A DNA stretch of 64,000 nucleotides from Nemertoderma westbladi (taxonomy: Eukaryota; Animalia; Xenacoelomorpha): assembly GCA_032718475.1 (NCBI GenBank), contig JAUCBJ010000699.1:66496-130495 (forward strand), read 5' to 3'. The translations under genes and the position numbers were made by a program. The notes below the pieces were generated by a model, which did not search any database, had not been told where the DNA came from, and was given only the letters and a program-made list of their open reading frames with translations. This document shows, piece after piece, positions 59,001 to 64,000 of the stretch. Position 1 is the first letter of the stretch; every line of letters starts with the position of its first letter.

Positions 59001-62000
59001 CCGCCATTACCTAAAACTTTATCTATTAACGAAGCCTAATTCAAAGTCAAAGTATTCACCGCCATTACCTAAAACTTTATCTATTAACGAAGCCAAAGTA
59101 TTCACATACCATTACCTAAAACTTTATCTATTAATGAAGCCTAATTCAAAGTCAAAGTATTCACCACCATTACCTAAAACTTTATCTATTAACGAAGCCA
59201 AAGTATTCACCGCCATTACCTAAAACTTTATCTATTAACGAAGCCAAAGTATTCACATACCATTACCTAAAACTTTATCTATTAATGAAGCCTAATTCAA
59301 AGTCAAAGTATTCACCGCCATTACCTAAAACTTCCTCTATTAACGAAGCCTAATTCAAAGTCAAAGTATTCACCACCATTACCTAAAACTTCCTCTATTA
59401 ACGAAGCCTAATTCAAAGTCAAAGTATTCACTGCCTTTACCTAAAACTTTATCTATTAACGAAGCCAAAGTATTCACATACCATTACCTAAAACTTTATC
59501 TATTAATGAAGCCTAATTCAAAGTCAAAGTATTCACCGCCATTACCTAACACTTCCTCTATTAACGAAGCCAAATTCAAAGTCAAAGTATTCACCGCCAT
59601 TACCTAAAACTTTATCTATTAACGAAGCCTAATTCAAAGTCAATGTATTCACCACCATTACCTAAAACTTTATCTATTAACGAAGCCTAATTCAAAGTCA
59701 AAGTATTCACTGCCATTACCTAAAACTTTATCTATTAACGAAGCCAAAGTATTCACATACCATTACCTAAAACTTTATCTATTAATGAAGCCTAATGCAA
59801 AGTCAAAGTATTCACCACCATTACCTAAAACTTTATCTATTAATGAAGCCTAATTCAAAGTCAAAGTATTCACCGCCATTACCTAAAACTTTATCTATTA
59901 ACGAAGCCAAAGTATTCACATACCATTACCTAAAACTTTATCTATTAATGAAGCCTAATTCAAAGTCAAAGTATTCACCACCATTACCTAAAACTTTATC
60001 TATTAACGAAGCCTAATTCAAAGTCAAAGTATTCACTGCCATTACCTAAAACTTTATCTATTAACGAAGCCAAAGTATTCACATACCATTACCTAAAACT
60101 TTATCTATTAATGAAGCCTAATGCAAAGTCAAAGTATTCACCACCATTACCTAAAACTTTATCTATTAATGAAGCCTAATTCAAAGTCAAAGTATTCACC
60201 ACCATTACCTAAAACTTTATCTATTAATGAAGCCTAATTCAAAGTCAAAGTATTCACTGCCATTACCTAAAACTTTATCTATTAACGAAGCCAAAGTATT
60301 CACATACCATTACCTAAAACTTTATCTATTAACGAAGCCAAAGTATTCACATACCATTACCTAAAACTTTATCTATTAATGAAGCCTAATTCAAAGTCAC
60401 TGTATTCACCGCCATTACCTAAAACTTTATCTATTAATGAAGCCTAATTCAAAGTCAAAGTATTCACTGCCATTACCTAAAACTTTATCTATTAACGAAG
60501 CCAAAGTATTCACATACCATTACCTAAAACTTTATCTATTAATGAAGCCTAATTCAAAGTCAAAGTATTCACCACCATTACCTAAAACTTTATCTATTAA
60601 CGAAGCCAAAGTATTCACCGCCATTACCTAAAACTTTATCTATTAACGAAGCCAAAGTATTCACATACCATTACCTAAAACTTTATCTATTAATGAAGCC
60701 TAATTCAAAGTCAAAGTATTCACCGCCATTACCTAAAACTTTATCTATTAACGAAGCCAAAGTATTCACCGCCATTACCTAAAACTTTATCTATTAATGA
60801 AGCCTAATTCAAAGTCAAAGTATTCACCGCCATTACCTAAAACTTCATCTATTAACGAAGCCTAATTCGAAGCCAAAGTATTCACATACCATTACCTAAA
60901 ACTTTATCTATTAATGAAGCCTAATTCAAAGTCAAAGTATTCACATACCATAACCTAAAACTTTATCTATTAATGAAGCCTAATTCAAAGTCAAAGTATT
61001 CACCACCATTACCTAAAACTTTATCTATTAATGAAGCCTAATTCAAAGTCAAAGTATTCACCGCCATTACCTAAAACTTTATCTATTAACGAAGCCAAAG
61101 TATTCACATACCATTACCTAAAACTTTATCTATTAATGAAGCCTAATTCAAAGTCAAAGTATTCACCACCATTACCTAAAACTTTATCTATTAATGAAGC
61201 CTAATTCAAAGTCAAAGTATTCACCGCCATTACCTAAAACTTTATCTATTAACGAAGCCAAAGTATTCACATACCATTACCTAAAACTTTATCTATTAAT
61301 GAAGCCTAATGCAAAGTCAAAGTATTCACCGCCATTACCTTAAACTTTATCTATTAACGAAGCCTAATTAAAAGTCAAAGTATTCACCGCCATTACCTAA
61401 AACTTTATCTATTAACGAAGCCAAAGTATTCACATACCATTACCTAAAACTTTATCTATTAATGAAGCCTAATTCAAAGTCAAAGTATTCACATACCATT
61501 ACCTAAAACTTTATCTATTAATGAAGCCTAATTCAAAGTCAAAGTATTCACCACCATTACCTAAAACTTTATCTATTAATGAAGCCTAATGCAAAGTCAA
61601 AGTATTCACCGCCATTACCTTAAACTTTATCTATTAACGAAGCCTAATTAAAAGTCAAAGTATTCACCGCCATTACCTAAAACTTTATCTATTAACGAAG
61701 CCAAAGTATTCACATACCATTACCTAAAACTTTATCTATTAATGAAGCCTAATTCAAAGTCAAAGTATTCACATACCATTACCTAAAACTTTATCTATTA
61801 ATGAAGCCTAATTCAAAGTCAAAGTATTCACCGCCATTACCTAAAACTTTATCTATTAACGAAGCCAAAGTATTCACATACCATTACCTAAAACTTTATC
61901 TATTAATGAAGCCTAATTCAAAGTCAAAGTATTCACATACCATTACCTAAAACTTTATCTATTAATGAAGCCTAATTCAAAGTCAAAGTATTCACCGCCA

Positions 62001-64000
62001 TTACCTAAAACTTTATCTATTAACGAAGCCAAAGTATTCACATACCATTACCTAAAACTTTATCTATTAATGAAGCCTAATTCAAAGTCAAAGTATTCAC
62101 CACCATTACCTAAAACTTTATCTATTAACGAAGCCTAATTCAAAGTCACAGTATTCACCACCATTACCTAAAACTTTATCTATTAACGAAGCCTAATTCA
62201 AAGTCACTGTATTCACCACCATTACCTAAAACTTTATCTATTAACGAAGCCTAATTCAAAGTCAAAGTATTCACCGCCATTACCTAAAACTTTATCTATT
62301 AACGAAGCCTAATTAAAAGTCAAAGTATTCACCGCCATTACCTAAAACTTTATCTATTAACGAAGCCAAAGTATTCACATACCATTACCTAAAACTTTAT
62401 CTATTAATGAAGCCTAATTCAAAGTCAAAGTATTCACATACCATTACCTAAAACTTTATCTATTAATGAAGCCTAATTCAAAGTCAAAGTATTCACATAC
62501 CATTACCTAAAACTTTATCTATTAATGAAGCCTAATTCAAAGTCAAAGTATTCACATACCATTACCTAAAACTTTATCTATTAATGAAGCCTAATTCAAA
62601 GTCAAAGTATTCACCACCATTACCTAAAACTTTATCTATTAACGAAGCCTAATGCAAAGTCAAAGTATTCACCGCCATTACCTTAAACTTTATCTATTAA
62701 CGAAGCCTAATTAAAAGTCAAAGTATTCACCGCCATTACCTAAAACTTTATCTATTAACGAAGCCAAAGTATTCACATACCATTACCTAAAACTTTATCT
62801 ATTAATGAAGCCTAATTCAAAGTCAAAGTATTCACATACCATTACCTAAAACTTTATCTATTAATGAAGCCTAATTCAAAGTCAAAGTATTCACCGCCAT
62901 TACCTAAAACTTTATCTATTAACGAAGCCAAAGTATTCACATACCATTACCTAAAACTTTATCTATTAATGAAGCCTAATTCAAAGTCAAAGTATTCACA
63001 TACCATTACCTAAAACTTTATCTATTAATGAAGCCTAATTCAAAGTCAAAGTATTCACCGCCATTACCTAAAACTTTATCTATTAACGAAGCCAAAGTAT
63101 TCACATACCATTACCTAAAACTTTATCTATTAATGAAGCCTAATTCAAAGTCAAAGTATTCACCACCATTACCTAAAACTTTATCTATTAACGAAGCCTA
63201 ATTCAAAGTCACAGTATTCACCACCATTACCTAAAACTTTATCTATTAACGAAGCCTAATTCAAAGTCACTGTATTCACCACCATTACCTAAAACTTTAT
63301 CTATTAACGAAGCCTAATTCAAAGTCAAAGTATTCACCGCCATTACCTAAAACTTTATCTATTAACGAAGCCAAAGTATTCACATACCATTACCTAAAAC
63401 TTTATCTATTAATGAAGCCTAATTCAAAGTCAAAGTATTCACCACCATTACCTAAAACTTTATCTATTAACGAAGCCTAATTCAAAGTCACAGTATTCAC
63501 CACCATTACCTAAAACTTTATCTATTAACGAAGCCTAATTCAAAGTCACTGTATTCACCACCATTACCTAAAACTTTATCTATTAACGAAGCCTAATTCA
63601 AAGTCAAAGTATTCACCGCCATTACCTAAAACTTTATCTATTAACGAAGCCAAAGTATTCACATACCATTACCTAAAACTTTATCTATTAATGAAGCCTA
63701 ATTCAAAGTCAAAGTATTCACATACCATTACCTAAAACTTTATCTATTAATGAAGCCTAATTCAAAGTCAAAGTATTCACCGCCATTACCTAAAACTTTA
63801 TCTATTAACGAAGCCAAAGTATTCACATACCATTACCTAAAACTTTATCTATTAATGAAGCCTAATTCAAAGTCAAAGTATTCACCACCATTACCTAAAA
63901 CTGTATCTATTAACGAAGCCTAATTCAAAGTCACAGTATTCACCACCATTACCTAAAACTTTATCTATTAACGAAGCCTAATTCAAAGTCACTGTATTCA
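44064..64000. repeat. Large AT-rich satellite, 58-bp monomer with shorter indel variants, continuing past the window end
   Basis: Unit AATTCAAAGTCAAAGTATTCACCGCCATTACCTAAAACTTTATCTATTAACGAAGCCT; period checked at 44401/44459; ~20 kb uninterrupted. Confidence 0.99.

Noticed and set aside
59795-60631. ORFs within the satellite
   Set aside because: By-products of a 105-bp (3n) composite repeat
44064-64000. Telomeric (TTAGG)n origin of the satellite
   Set aside because: Only two isolated CCTAA words per monomer, with no tandem telomere tract

Overview
Repeat-rich eukaryotic DNA, probably from an invertebrate animal; the taxon cannot be determined from the sequence. The centrepiece is a young, full-length ~14 kb BEL/Pao LTR retrotransposon on the minus strand (22038-36033; LTRs ~99% identical; TAATT target-site duplication). 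It has three unusual parts: an 869-aa accessory ORF in the env position that looks like a DEDDy (WRN/RNase D-type) 3'-5' exonuclease fused to three CCHC zinc knuckles; an array of ~15 small stem-loops between pol and that ORF; and no canonical TGG tRNA primer-binding site, with the PBS position instead complementary to a segment inside its own LTR. Host genes are an intronless galactose-3-O-sulfotransferase, an intronless monomeric sarcosine oxidase-like flavoprotein with a PTS1 (-AKL), and a possible mitochondrial mS38/AURKAIP1-like ORF. The rest is decayed LINEs (L2, RTE and RTE-X-like), nested non-autonomous DNA transposons, head-to-head tRNA-derived repeats, a Sola2-like transposase relic, 43- and 68-bp minisatellites, and a ~20 kb 58-bp satellite that runs off the right edge. 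Family calls come from motif recognition only; no database searches were run.
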